A DNA stretch of 64,000 bases, taken from NCBI GenBank assembly GCA_963664875.1, contig OY761611.1:992001-1056000 (forward strand). The letters are read 5' to 3'. The first letter of the stretch is position 1, and each line of letters begins with the position of its first letter. Below, piece by piece: positions 18,625 to 27,223 of this stretch. Made by a program: the position numbers and the translations under genes. The DNA comes from Candidatus Kapaibacterium sp. Lineage in GTDB: Bacteria > Bacteroidota > Ignavibacteria > Kapaibacteriales > UBA2268. The notes under the pieces are model-generated. The model saw nothing but the letters and a program-made list of their open reading frames with translations, searched no databases and was not told the origin of the DNA.

Positions 18625-21369
18625 ATGAAGAGAAAAATTTATTTTCTTTTGGTATTAGTATGTCTTATAGTCTCATCTATGCTTCTATTTGGAGGCGAAA
18701 GAGAATTTACATTTTCGGATGTGATGAGATTTCAAGGTATAACCTTACAAAAAATATCTGAAAACGGGAAATGGGTTTCTTATTGCACATACCCCGATAG
18801 AGGAAACACAACAGCTTATATCAAATCCACAATAACTGAAGATGAACATTTTGTAGAAAGAGGTACTTCTACTCTATTCTCTAATGATACAAAATGGGCA
18901 GCAATCCGCAAAAAACCGGATATAATCGAACAGCTAAATTCAGAAAAAGAGAAAGATAAACCCAAAAACAGTTTGACAATACTCAATCTCGAGACAGGAC
19001 TTCAAACAGACATAAAAGATGTCAACAAGTTTGAATTTACTGAAGACAGTCGCTGGATAGTCTATTATAACGAAATCGATCCGTTAAAACATAAAGAACT
19101 AAAAAGTAAAACTACCGGCAAACCTTTAGTGCTGAGACACTTAGTTTCCGGAACTGAGATTGTAATGGAAGATGTAATCGAATATGCTCTCGACAGCAAT
19201 TCAGCATATCTTGTTTATTCCGTATCCTCATCTGACAGCAACAAAGACGGTCTTTTTGCGAGAAATCTAAAAGAAGAATATGCACCTGTGAAAGCAATTA
19301 AGATTGAAAAAGACAATAAATTTTCCAATCTTGCCTGGAATAACAAACACAACATCTTAGCCTTTACCCAATCACCTCTAGACAACAAAGGAAAAATAAA
19401 ATACTCTGAAATGCTTATATGGGATGCGAATAAAAATGATATCTTTCCTGTATTTAATCAAGCAGCAGAAACCGGAGATTGGTTCTTACCGGAAAAAAAT
19501 ACATTAAAATGGACACAAGACGGTGAGCGACTCTTTTTTGGTCTCAAACCTAAATGGGAAAAGATTGAAGATGAAGACGAAGTCAAATATGACCAAAAAA
19601 ACTATCAAAACTTAGACACAATTCTTTCCAAATCAGAGATCGATGTTTGGCATTGGAACGACCCGAAAATCATGACAAACCAAAAAAATGAATGGAAAGA
19701 AGAGAAAGACAAAATTTATCTAAATTGCTACTTCCTCACTCCAAATAAGTATGTTCAGCTTGCAGATACATCATTGCCGGAAGTGAAATTTACCGATAAT
19801 CCAAACTATGCAATAGCTTACAATGCAAAACCTTATCACAAACTTATAACTTGGGATGGCTGGTATCAGGACATTTATGCAGTCGAGCTATTTACCGGTA
19901 AAAGATTTAAGATTTCTACAAAAAATATAACAAACGGCTACATTTCTCCAAATGGTAAATATATAGCTTACTATGAAAACGGAGATTGGTACCTTTACAA
20001 TACAATAAAACAAACCGCCGCCAATTTGACAAATAAAATTGATGTTAAGTTTTATGATGAAGATGATGACACTCCCGATGCTCCTCAACCATACGGAATC
20101 GCAGGTTGGTTTGAAAATGACGACGCACTGATGATATACGATAAGTATGACATTTGGAAATTTAACACCCTCATGCCGTCTAATTATTCTAACATCACTA
20201 ACGGCAAAGGAAGAGCTGACACATTAAGATTCCGAATTAAAAACTTATTGGGTAAAAGAGAATTCTATACATACGAGGACTCCCTCCTACTAGAAGGCTT
20301 CCACTATAAGCAGAAGTATCAGGCTATTTTTACTATGAAGTTTACTGATAGTGAAATTGCGTCTTTACTCAAAGAAAACAAAAAATACAGCATAATCGCA
20401 AAAGCTGAAAAAGCCGATAAAGTAATCATTTCGAGAGAGAGTTACGAGGAATTCCCTGATCTTTGGGTTACAAATTTCAAAATGGAATTGCCGCAAAAGA
20501 TTAGCAATGTCAATCCGGAATTATCCGAATACAAATGGGGTCATGCAGAGCTTACAGAATGGAAAAACGGACGAGGAGAAGATTTGCAGGGAATAGTACT
20601 TAAACCTGAAAATTATGACCCAAATAAAAAATATCCCGTATTGATTTATTTTTACGAAACATTCTCTGACAGAATGTATAATTTTACTTTGCCTCAAATA
20701 AACCACAGACCTTGCTTCCAGGTATATTTGAATGACGGATATGTAGTGCTGTTACCAGATATAAAATATGTAGCAGGCAACCCCGGTTTAGATGCCACTG
20801 ACGCATTAACAAAAGCTGCTCAGCATCTTATAGATAAAGGGATTGCAGATCCTAAGAGGATTGCAATCCAAGGACATTCTTGGGGTGGCTACGAAACAGC
20901 TTTTATGGTAACTGAAACAGATATGTTCGCAGCTGCTTCAGCCGGAGCGCCTGTTGGCAATATGACAAGTGCTTATAGTGGCATTAGATTGGAGTCTGGT
21001 TTAACCCGACAGTTCCAATATGAGATGCAACAAAGCAGAATAGGAGGCAATCTCTGGGACTCATTGGATAATTACTTGCGCAACTCACCGGTAATACAAG
21101 CTCCAAAGGCAAAAACGCCTTTACTGATAATGTTTGGTGATGTTGACGAAGCAGTGCCTTGGGAGCAAGGCATAGAGATTTACATGGCTTTTCGTAGATT
21201 GAATAAAAACTGTATTTTTCTACAATATAGAAATGAACCTCATCATCCGAGGAAATACCACAACAAGTTAGATTATGCAGTAAAAATGAAAGAATTTTTT
21301 GATCATTACTTATTAGGCAAGCCTGCTCCGGAGTGGATGACAAAAGGTGTGCCTTATCAAGGTAAATAA
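18625..21369 (+). CDS. Exported S9-family (prolyl oligopeptidase/acylaminoacyl) peptidase
   Basis: Signal peptide; beta-propeller region; nucleophile GHSWGGY, Asp in GDVDEAVP, His in NEPHHP. Confidence 0.93.
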   Translation: MKRKIYFLLVLVCLIVSSMLLFGGEREFTFSDVMRFQGITLQKISENGKWVSYCTYPDRGNTTAYIKSTITEDEHFVERGTSTLFSNDTKWAAIRKKPDIIEQLNSEKEKDKPKNSLTILNLETGLQTDIKDVNKFEFTEDSRWIVYYNEIDPLKHKELKSKTTGKPLVLRHLVSGTEIVMEDVIEYALDSNSAYLVYSVSSSDSNKDGLFARNLKEEYAPVKAIKIEKDNKFSNLAWNNKHNILAFTQSPLDNKGKIKYSEMLIWDANKNDIFPVFNQAAETGDWFLPEKNTLKWTQDGERLFFGLKPKWEKIEDEDEVKYDQKNYQNLDTILSKSEIDVWHWNDPKIMTNQKNEWKEEKDKIYLNCYFLTPNKYVQLADTSLPEVKFTDNPNYAIAYNAKPYHKLITWDGWYQDIYAVELFTGKRFKISTKNITNGYISPNGKYIAYYENGDWYLYNTIKQTAANLTNKIDVKFYDEDDDTPDAPQPYGIAGWFENDDALMIYDKYDIWKFNTLMPSNYSNITNGKGRADTLRFRIKNLLGKREFYTYEDSLLLEGFHYKQKYQAIFTMKFTDSEIASLLKENKKYSIIAKAEKADKVIISRESYEEFPDLWVTNFKMELPQKISNVNPELSEYKWGHAELTEWKNGRGEDLQGIVLKPENYDPNKKYPVLIYFYETFSDRMYNFTLPQINHRPCFQVYLNDGYVVLLPDIKYVAGNPGLDATDALTKAAQHLIDKGIADPKRIAIQGHSWGGYETAFMVTETDMFAAASAGAPVGNMTSAYSGIRLESGLTRQFQYEMQQSRIGGNLWDSLDNYLRNSPVIQAPKAKTPLLIMFGDVDEAVPWEQGIEIYMAFRRLNKNCIFLQYRNEPHHPRKYHNKLDYAVKMKEFFDHYLLGKPAPEWMTKGVPYQGK

Positions 21370-21426
21370 GATTCCACCTGATTGATATTATTTTTCCTTA
21401 TCATAAGTAAAGCAATTAAACAGCTT

Positions 21427-21460
21427 AGCACAAAGTAGCCACCTACTTTGTGCTTTTTTT
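21427..21460 (+). terminator. Intrinsic terminator
   Basis: AGCACAAAGTAG...CTACTTTGTGCT followed by a T run. Confidence 0.85.
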
Positions 21461-21529
21461 ATAAATATATTTCTCTGTTTAGAAAATATTAATTATATTA
21501 TCTAAACATTTAAACTCAAAGATATTTGC

Positions 21530-22891
21530 ATGTTGAAAACGGGTATCGTATTTTTCTTTCTTTTGTATTGTAGTGCTGCTTCATCAGAAGCAGTAGATTC
21601 TCTATTGTCTTTATCCGAAAAATATCAAAATATCAACCTCGATTCTGCAGTTAGCTATGCTTTAAAAGCAAAAGAGTTGGCTAATAAGTCTAAAAGTAGA
21701 TTAGCAGAAGCGGATGCAATAGACAAATTAGCAAGAACGTTCGCTTTGAAAGGTGATATAGTTTACTTCAAAGAACTTTCTAATCATGCATTATACCTTT
21801 GCGAGAAATACGATCTGGAAGAAAAGAGAATTGATATACTTTTCAATATATCGTACCTATACAGAGACTTATTTCTGACAAGCGACGCAATTAACAACAT
21901 CCAGTTAGCAACTGATGAAATAATTAGGCTCCCCAAAAATATCCAAAGGAAATTTTATCCTGTTATGTATTCTGCTCTTGGCTATTTACTCTATTTTGAG
22001 CTAAAGGACAGTATAGTATCTCTTGAGTATTTGCACAAAGCACAAAATGCATATCTTAATCAAAATGATACAGTATCAGCAAGCAGACTATACTTAAATA
22101 TGGGTGAAATTTTTAGGATGAACGGTCAAAGCGACAAAGCTGCTAATTACTATGAAAAAGCACGACAATCAACTAACGAAAGCATAAATACCGACTTAAT
22201 AGGAGTGTATTACAGACTAAGATCAGCTTTGTATTTGGACAAGGAAAACATGGCTACTGCCTTGCAATATCTAAGAAAATCAGAGTCAGTCTTTTTGTCC
22301 TTGAATAATAACAAGCAACTATCTGATATTTACAGCATGTTCGCTTACGCGTATTCTTTGATAAATGAAGATAGACAAAGTTTAGAATATAATATTAAAT
22401 CATTATACTATAGAGAAATCTTGGGAAACAAGTCATTAACTTCAAGCTCATTGATAAATATTGCAAATAGCTATCTCAGGCTTCAGATGATAGACAGTGC
22501 CTTATTTTACTCTGATTCGGCGTACAAGCTAAGCAAAAAAATAGGTCATAAGTTCTATATTTCAAAATCGCTACTCCAACTTAGTAACATATACAAGGCT
22601 AAAAAGCAATATGAACCAGCTTTAGACTATTTAAAAGAATACACCCTTGTACAAGACACTTTGGAATTAGAAAAAGGAGATGTATATAGTATTTTAGAAA
22701 ATAAAATCAAGTATAGCCAAATTGAAAAAGAATTCGAAAAAGCAATTGAGGACAATGAGCTGATAAAAAGAATACAGACTTTACAAATAGGAATTACTAT
22801 TGTATCGACTATCTGCATACTTCTACTTTTCTATCTTTTTATTACAAAATATAGACATTCCAAAAAACTTAGCCAATCAAATAAACGTTAA
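21530..22891 (+). CDS. Exported TPR-repeat protein with C-terminal TM helix
   Basis: Signal peptide; TPR-like helices (LNMGEIF..A..YY.KA); TM segment IGITIVSTICILLLFYLFI followed by a short basic tail. Confidence 0.8.
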   Translation: MLKTGIVFFFLLYCSAASSEAVDSLLSLSEKYQNINLDSAVSYALKAKELANKSKSRLAEADAIDKLARTFALKGDIVYFKELSNHALYLCEKYDLEEKRIDILFNISYLYRDLFLTSDAINNIQLATDEIIRLPKNIQRKFYPVMYSALGYLLYFELKDSIVSLEYLHKAQNAYLNQNDTVSASRLYLNMGEIFRMNGQSDKAANYYEKARQSTNESINTDLIGVYYRLRSALYLDKENMATALQYLRKSESVFLSLNNNKQLSDIYSMFAYAYSLINEDRQSLEYNIKSLYYREILGNKSLTSSSLINIANSYLRLQMIDSALFYSDSAYKLSKKIGHKFYISKSLLQLSNIYKAKKQYEPALDYLKEYTLVQDTLELEKGDVYSILENKIKYSQIEKEFEKAIEDNELIKRIQTLQIGITIVSTICILLLFYLFITKYRHSKKLSQSNKR

Positions 22892-22993
22892 ATCAGAAAT
22901 AGACTTACCGTTTTTTACTGAAACATTAATAGCAAATATTACCGAAAAAGTATATATTGCATCCTTTCAAATCAATTTGTAGAATCCGAAAGT

Positions 22994-24382
22994 TTGAAGT
23001 TAAGTATCCCCATATTGGTAATACTCGCAACTGTGCTCGTCATAGCTCTTACAGGGCAAAATCCCGGAAAGATTGCGAAACCTGAAATATCTATTAAAGT
23101 TGAGAGCTTATTAGATAGTGCAGAGTTTTATACACATAAGTGTTTAGATACAGCGGTTGATTTTGCACTTTCCGCGCGTGAGATAGCTTCAAAACATAAT
23201 TACACTGAAGGCGAAGTAAAAGGTTTAGCCAAAGCTGCTTTCATTTTAACATTCAAAGGCGAACCTGTCAAGATGCAGGAAATCTATAATCAGGCTATTT
23301 ATATTGGTCAAAATTTGACAGATAAATCAGCTTTGATTGACGCATATTTTAAAATGGGAGTCAGCTATAGAAGCCTTCATCAATTCGACAAATCTTACTA
23401 TTACTATCAGCAGGGTATGGATTTAATATTTGCAGATTTAGATAATCAAACTGACGAAACCATGGCATCTATGTATGAGCAATTAGGATATTTGTTGTTT
23501 AGAGAATTGAACGACAGTACGGTATCAATTAACTTTATGCACAAATCAAAAGACCTTTTCCTTAAAATTGGTGATACTACTAATTATCTTGATTGCTACA
23601 ACAAAATTGGCGACATCTACAGGTATAATAGAAACAATCCTTTGACACGGCATTATTTTGATTCTACAAAATTTCTTTTAAATAAACACTATGTAAAATC
23701 TGTTGATGCTACATACAACAAATTGATGGCTGCTTGGCTTTTTGATTCAAAAAATTTAGCACAGGGTCTTGAGTATCTAAAAAAAGCTGAAGAATTATTC
23801 TTCGAAATTAGAGATTTAAAAGAGCTAGCAGATGTATATACAATGTTTGCGTTTGTTGCTTCAAATATGAATGAAATTGACAAATGCCTTGACTATAATT
23901 ATAAAGCTTTAGAGTTACGAGAACATATCGGGCATAGCTTTCTTATTTCGAGTAGTTTATTTAACTTAGCTAATAATTATTACAAATTAAATCTGTATCC
24001 AAAAGCATTCGATTTTGCTGAGAGAGCCCTTAAGCTCGCTTTGAATGCAGGTCATAATTTTTATAGTCACAAATATGCCCATTCTCTATACAGAATGCAC
24101 AAAGGCAACCAGGACTTCAACACTTCACTAATTTACCTAGAACTTGCTGATTCTTTATCATCTTTACTCCCACGTACAGACAATATTGGCAGCTCTAAAC
24201 TCATCGAAAATAAAATTAGACTACAAAACAGAGAACTTCTTGAAAGCAGTAAAGCTGAGATTAGTCACACCAAAACACAACTTGAATATAGTATTTATAT
24301 CTCATTATTGCTGCTTTTTGTAATAGTTATCTTTATCTTCTGGATTTTCAAACTCAAAATGTCTTATTCGGAGATAAAATAA
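22994..24382 (+). CDS. Exported TPR-repeat protein with C-terminal TM helix (paralog of the upstream gene)
   Basis: Collinear similarity to 21530-22891 (e.g. MYEQLGYLLFRELNDS vs MYSALGYLLYFELKDS); C-terminal TM; TTG start. Confidence 0.8.
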   Translation: MKLSIPILVILATVLVIALTGQNPGKIAKPEISIKVESLLDSAEFYTHKCLDTAVDFALSAREIASKHNYTEGEVKGLAKAAFILTFKGEPVKMQEIYNQAIYIGQNLTDKSALIDAYFKMGVSYRSLHQFDKSYYYYQQGMDLIFADLDNQTDETMASMYEQLGYLLFRELNDSTVSINFMHKSKDLFLKIGDTTNYLDCYNKIGDIYRYNRNNPLTRHYFDSTKFLLNKHYVKSVDATYNKLMAAWLFDSKNLAQGLEYLKKAEELFFEIRDLKELADVYTMFAFVASNMNEIDKCLDYNYKALELREHIGHSFLISSSLFNLANNYYKLNLYPKAFDFAERALKLALNAGHNFYSHKYAHSLYRMHKGNQDFNTSLIYLELADSLSSLLPRTDNIGSSKLIENKIRLQNRELLESSKAEISHTKTQLEYSIYISLLLLFVIVIFIFWIFKLKMSYSEIK

Positions 24383-24386
24383 AATA

Positions 24387-24417
24387 CGACTGCAATCCTT
24401 AAAAGGAAATACAGTCG
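24387..24417 (-). terminator. Probable terminator of the minus-strand fld-cbiX-pepSY cluster
   Basis: CGACTG..TCCTT/AAGGA..CAGTCG stem; an upstream A-rich tract gives a U tail on the minus strand. Confidence 0.55.
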
Positions 24418-24471
24418 CAGTCATATATTGATTGTTCTATTGAACGTCTCTCTTTTTTCTCCACACAAAAT

Positions 24472-25023
24472 CTAAAGTATCACTAATAAGGCGATAATTG
24501 GTGTAAGAGTTCCAGCAGCAAGCAACCATTTACCCCTCCCGGATAAACTGTTTTTGCCTTTCATCATTGTAATACCGGTTATTGATATCACAATAAGTCC
24601 AACGGCAAAAATATCTGAAATTAAAGTCCAAAGTCCACCCGGATTGCGATGTAGCATATTTATCTCGAAAAACAAAGGCCGCCTTACAGCAATTTCGAGC
24701 TCTCCCTCTTGTTTTGATAGATTATAGAGCATAGATCCGTTTTTGAAATAAAGCTTTACTTTGCCTTGGCTAGCTATATCGTAAGACACAAAATTCTTAG
24801 CAAGTCCCTTTATTTCAAGCTGTTTTTCTATATTTGTAAATGTAATTGCCTCTGTATTTTCAGGAAGATTCAGGTTTATTTTCTCTTTTTTGACGACAAA
24901 ATCCGGATTCCAGTCATCTATATGATTTATTGCTATCCCGGAAAGTGCGTAAATTATTATCATTGCAAACAATATATAACCAAGATCTCTATGCAGATTT
25001 CTGCTCAATTTTACCCATCTCAT
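24472..25023 (-). CDS. PepSY-associated TM-helix domain protein
   Basis: SRNLHRDLGY..YALSGIAINH and MLHRNP..WTLISDIFA..SITG, typical of PepSY_TM-like iron-regulated membrane proteins. Confidence 0.82.
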   Translation of the reverse strand: MRWVKLSRNLHRDLGYILFAMIIIYALSGIAINHIDDWNPDFVVKKEKINLNLPENTEAITFTNIEKQLEIKGLAKNFVSYDIASQGKVKLYFKNGSMLYNLSKQEGELEIAVRRPLFFEINMLHRNPGGLWTLISDIFAVGLIVISITGITMMKGKNSLSGRGKWLLAAGTLTPIIALLVIL

Positions 25024-25024
25024 C

Positions 25025-25951
25025 TTATTGACCTTTCAGCAAATCGTTTGCATACTTATTGCTTACTTGAATTACCCAATCTTCCACATTATTATCCGGT
25101 AAAATTGAATCAGGAATGTATTTAACTTTATCAGGATTTTTAGATGCCTTGATACCGCCGCCAATTATTTTCATTTGGAACATCTCATCTACAGCGATCA
25201 AGACAGGAATTGTTATTGCCGTCTTGTCCTTAGCAAGAATATTATTTACTGCTTCAGTTGTTGGTTCTGTGCTGTACCGAACGATATGACCACACCATGC
25301 ATATTCTGTCTGGTCAATGTGTAATTCTGATTTGATTTCTGCTGCCATCTTTTTCATTAACTCGGTCCATTCTTCATCGAAGTTCTGCGAACCGTATGCA
25401 ATTAGTGCTACCCCCTCTTTACTAGGATTTACGGAAAGTTTTTTAACCCTGCTCACAAGATTTTTTCCTAATATATCCGGAAAGTCGAGAAGTGGAGTTA
25501 TTGTTACATTTGCATTTGCTTTGTAAACTTCGATTCCTTCCTGTTTCAATTTGTCTATTTCTTCAGCTTGGTTTTTCAAACCGCAAATTGTCGGAATATC
25601 TTCAAAGGAATGATTGGAAATTGTAAGAAGCACGGGAACGATGATTATATCCGTATATTTCTCTTTGTCAAACTCTTTCAGCCTTGAAGCTATACTCGGT
25701 TCAGTATATTCCATAAAAGCTGATTTGATGCCTGATATGTTTTGGTTTGCTAAAATTTGAGTACTGACTGAATCCTCAACACTCATCAGCATATTTCTCC
25801 ATGTTTCGGAATGAGAACCATGCGAAACAAGAAGCACACCGATTTTTTTTGAAGATTCCGGTTTTTCGTTTTCACTTTCTTTATTTTCCGGTGTGCATGA
25901 GAGAAGTAAAGACGTGATTAACACAAAAAGTAAAGATATTTTGTAATTCAC
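25025..25951 (-). CDS. CbiX/SirB-type class II chelatase homolog, lipoprotein
   Basis: Lipobox LLLSC; GVLLVSHGS, AFMEYTEPSI, IIIVPVLL..SNH..EDIP; second chelatase domain GVALIAYGS; GTG start. Confidence 0.8.
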   Translation of the reverse strand: MNYKISLLFVLITSLLLSCTPENKESENEKPESSKKIGVLLVSHGSHSETWRNMLMSVEDSVSTQILANQNISGIKSAFMEYTEPSIASRLKEFDKEKYTDIIIVPVLLTISNHSFEDIPTICGLKNQAEEIDKLKQEGIEVYKANANVTITPLLDFPDILGKNLVSRVKKLSVNPSKEGVALIAYGSQNFDEEWTELMKKMAAEIKSELHIDQTEYAWCGHIVRYSTEPTTEAVNNILAKDKTAITIPVLIAVDEMFQMKIIGGGIKASKNPDKVKYIPDSILPDNNVEDWVIQVSNKYANDLLKGQ

Positions 25952-26043
25952 TGCCTAAATCCTTTCTTAAAAAAATGATTAATGGCAATATCTAAAATAT
26001 TTAGCGAAACTATTTGTCTCTTAGATATTGCATCTCAGCAATC

Positions 26044-26106
26044 GGGAAATGGAGCTGCTTGTTTCTCTTAATACCCGAACCACGAAAACACGGCGGCCCC
26101 ATTCCC
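26044..26106. ncRNA. Structured intergenic RNA hairpin, family unassigned
   Basis: GC-rich bulged stem of about 20 bp (GGGAATGGGGCCGC..TGTTTT / GAAACA..GCAGCTCCATTTCCC on the minus strand) with loop GTGGTTCGGGTATTAA. Confidence 0.45.
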
Positions 26107-26114
26107 TTTAGCTA

Positions 26115-26624
26115 TTATTTTATTTCTTCTGCAAATAATTTGCACCATTGGTCGATTCTACTATCTGTAAGTTCTGATTGATTATCTTCATCAAGTGCTA
26201 AACCTATGAACTTACCATCTCTTATAGCTTTTGATTCATCGAAGTTATATCCAACAGCTTCCCATCTTGCAATGAGCTCTGCTCCTGTATTTTCCAATGC
26301 TTCGTATAATATGCCTATTGCATCTACATAGTTATCAGAGTACATATCCTGATCTCCCATTCCTATGAAAGCAAGCTTTTTACCTTTTAACTTCAATGAA
26401 GGTAAATCATCTATTTTGTCTTCCCAGTCATCTTGTAACTGACCATCATACCATGTTGAGCTTGCAAGTATCAATGCATCGTATTGTTCCAATTCGGATA
26501 CATCAGATTGCCCGATATCTTTTAATTCTACGTTTAAGCTCATGCCTTGCAATGTCTCGGCTACATTTTTTGCAGCCAACTCTGTTGTTCCTCCTGAGGA
26601 ACCATAGAAAATACCGATATTCAT
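26115..26624 (-). CDS. fldA: Long-chain flavodoxin
   Basis: IGIFYGSSGGTT, STWYDGQLQDDW, GMGDQDMYSDNYVDA, FIGLALDEDNQ. Confidence 0.93.
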   Translation of the reverse strand: MNIGIFYGSSGGTTELAAKNVAETLQGMSLNVELKDIGQSDVSELEQYDALILASSTWYDGQLQDDWEDKIDDLPSLKLKGKKLAFIGMGDQDMYSDNYVDAIGILYEALENTGAELIARWEAVGYNFDESKAIRDGKFIGLALDEDNQSELTDSRIDQWCKLFAEEIK

Positions 26625-26635
26625 TGTTAATACCT

Positions 26636-26959
26636 TTATTGTGTTACATATTTTCGGCTCAGATAGCGCTTACACTGTTTTAATCTATCATAGCCTAACA
26701 TTATTCCTAAAATAAAATCCTCTTCGTGAGAAAAGTCTCTCAAGTTGGTTTTGTCAAATGATTTCACTACAGCAATACATTCTGAGTCTCCAAAAAATAT
26801 ATTTACTTTTGCTTCATGTACCTTTTGGATATGATATGAAATATTTCGACGCTCGAGAGTTTCTGTGGCAGCATCAAGAATGTCTGAGTGCATTGTGTGA
26901 AGGATAAGGTTGCGAAGACCTTTTTCGTATTCGTAGATGTGGTGATTAAAGACTTTCAT
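26636..26959 (-). CDS. DUF2023-family protein
   Basis: MKVFNHHIYEYEKGLRNLILHT, NIFFG and EEDFILGIMLGYD..QC.RY; a family recalled as commonly adjacent to flavodoxin. Confidence 0.8.
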   Translation of the reverse strand: MKVFNHHIYEYEKGLRNLILHTMHSDILDAATETLERRNISYHIQKVHEAKVNIFFGDSECIAVVKSFDKTNLRDFSHEEDFILGIMLGYDRLKQCKRYLSRKYVTQ

Positions 26960-27174
26960 TATATAACCTTTTCTAATACTCAACAATGGTAAACTTAATC
27001 AATAATATTATTCACTCCAAAATATTTTTATAGTCTTGCCTAATATTATTTTGAAATATTGTATTGTTTAAAGATTATAATTTATATTATATTTTAAATG
27101 GTATTACATTTTACTTCGTGTTGTTCATCCTTTAACTTGATTGTTTTTATATACTCCTAATAACTACTAAAAGC

Positions 27175-27204
27175 CAAAAAAAAAGCTACCCAATGGATAG
27201 CTTT
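27175..27204 (-). terminator. Terminator of the solute-binding protein gene
   Basis: AAAGCTACC-caat-GGATAGCTTT preceded by an A9 run (U tail on the minus strand). Confidence 0.65.
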
Positions 27205-27223
27205 ATGCTTCAGTTTAATTCAA

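Noticed and set aside
22800-22982. 60-aa ORF as a frameshifted kinase continuation of the first TPR gene
   Set aside because: No H-box or other signalling motif, and the frame closes before the next gene
25952-26114. Cobalamin riboswitch upstream of the CbiX-like gene (minus strand has AAAGGGAA)
   Set aside because: No B12-box elements (GCCACTG, AGCCAG..ACC, CCC.CAACTGT) and too little room; kept only as an unassigned hairpin
26987-27120. Fur box upstream of DUF2023-flavodoxin
   Set aside because: The region is very AT-rich and no palindrome stands out above background
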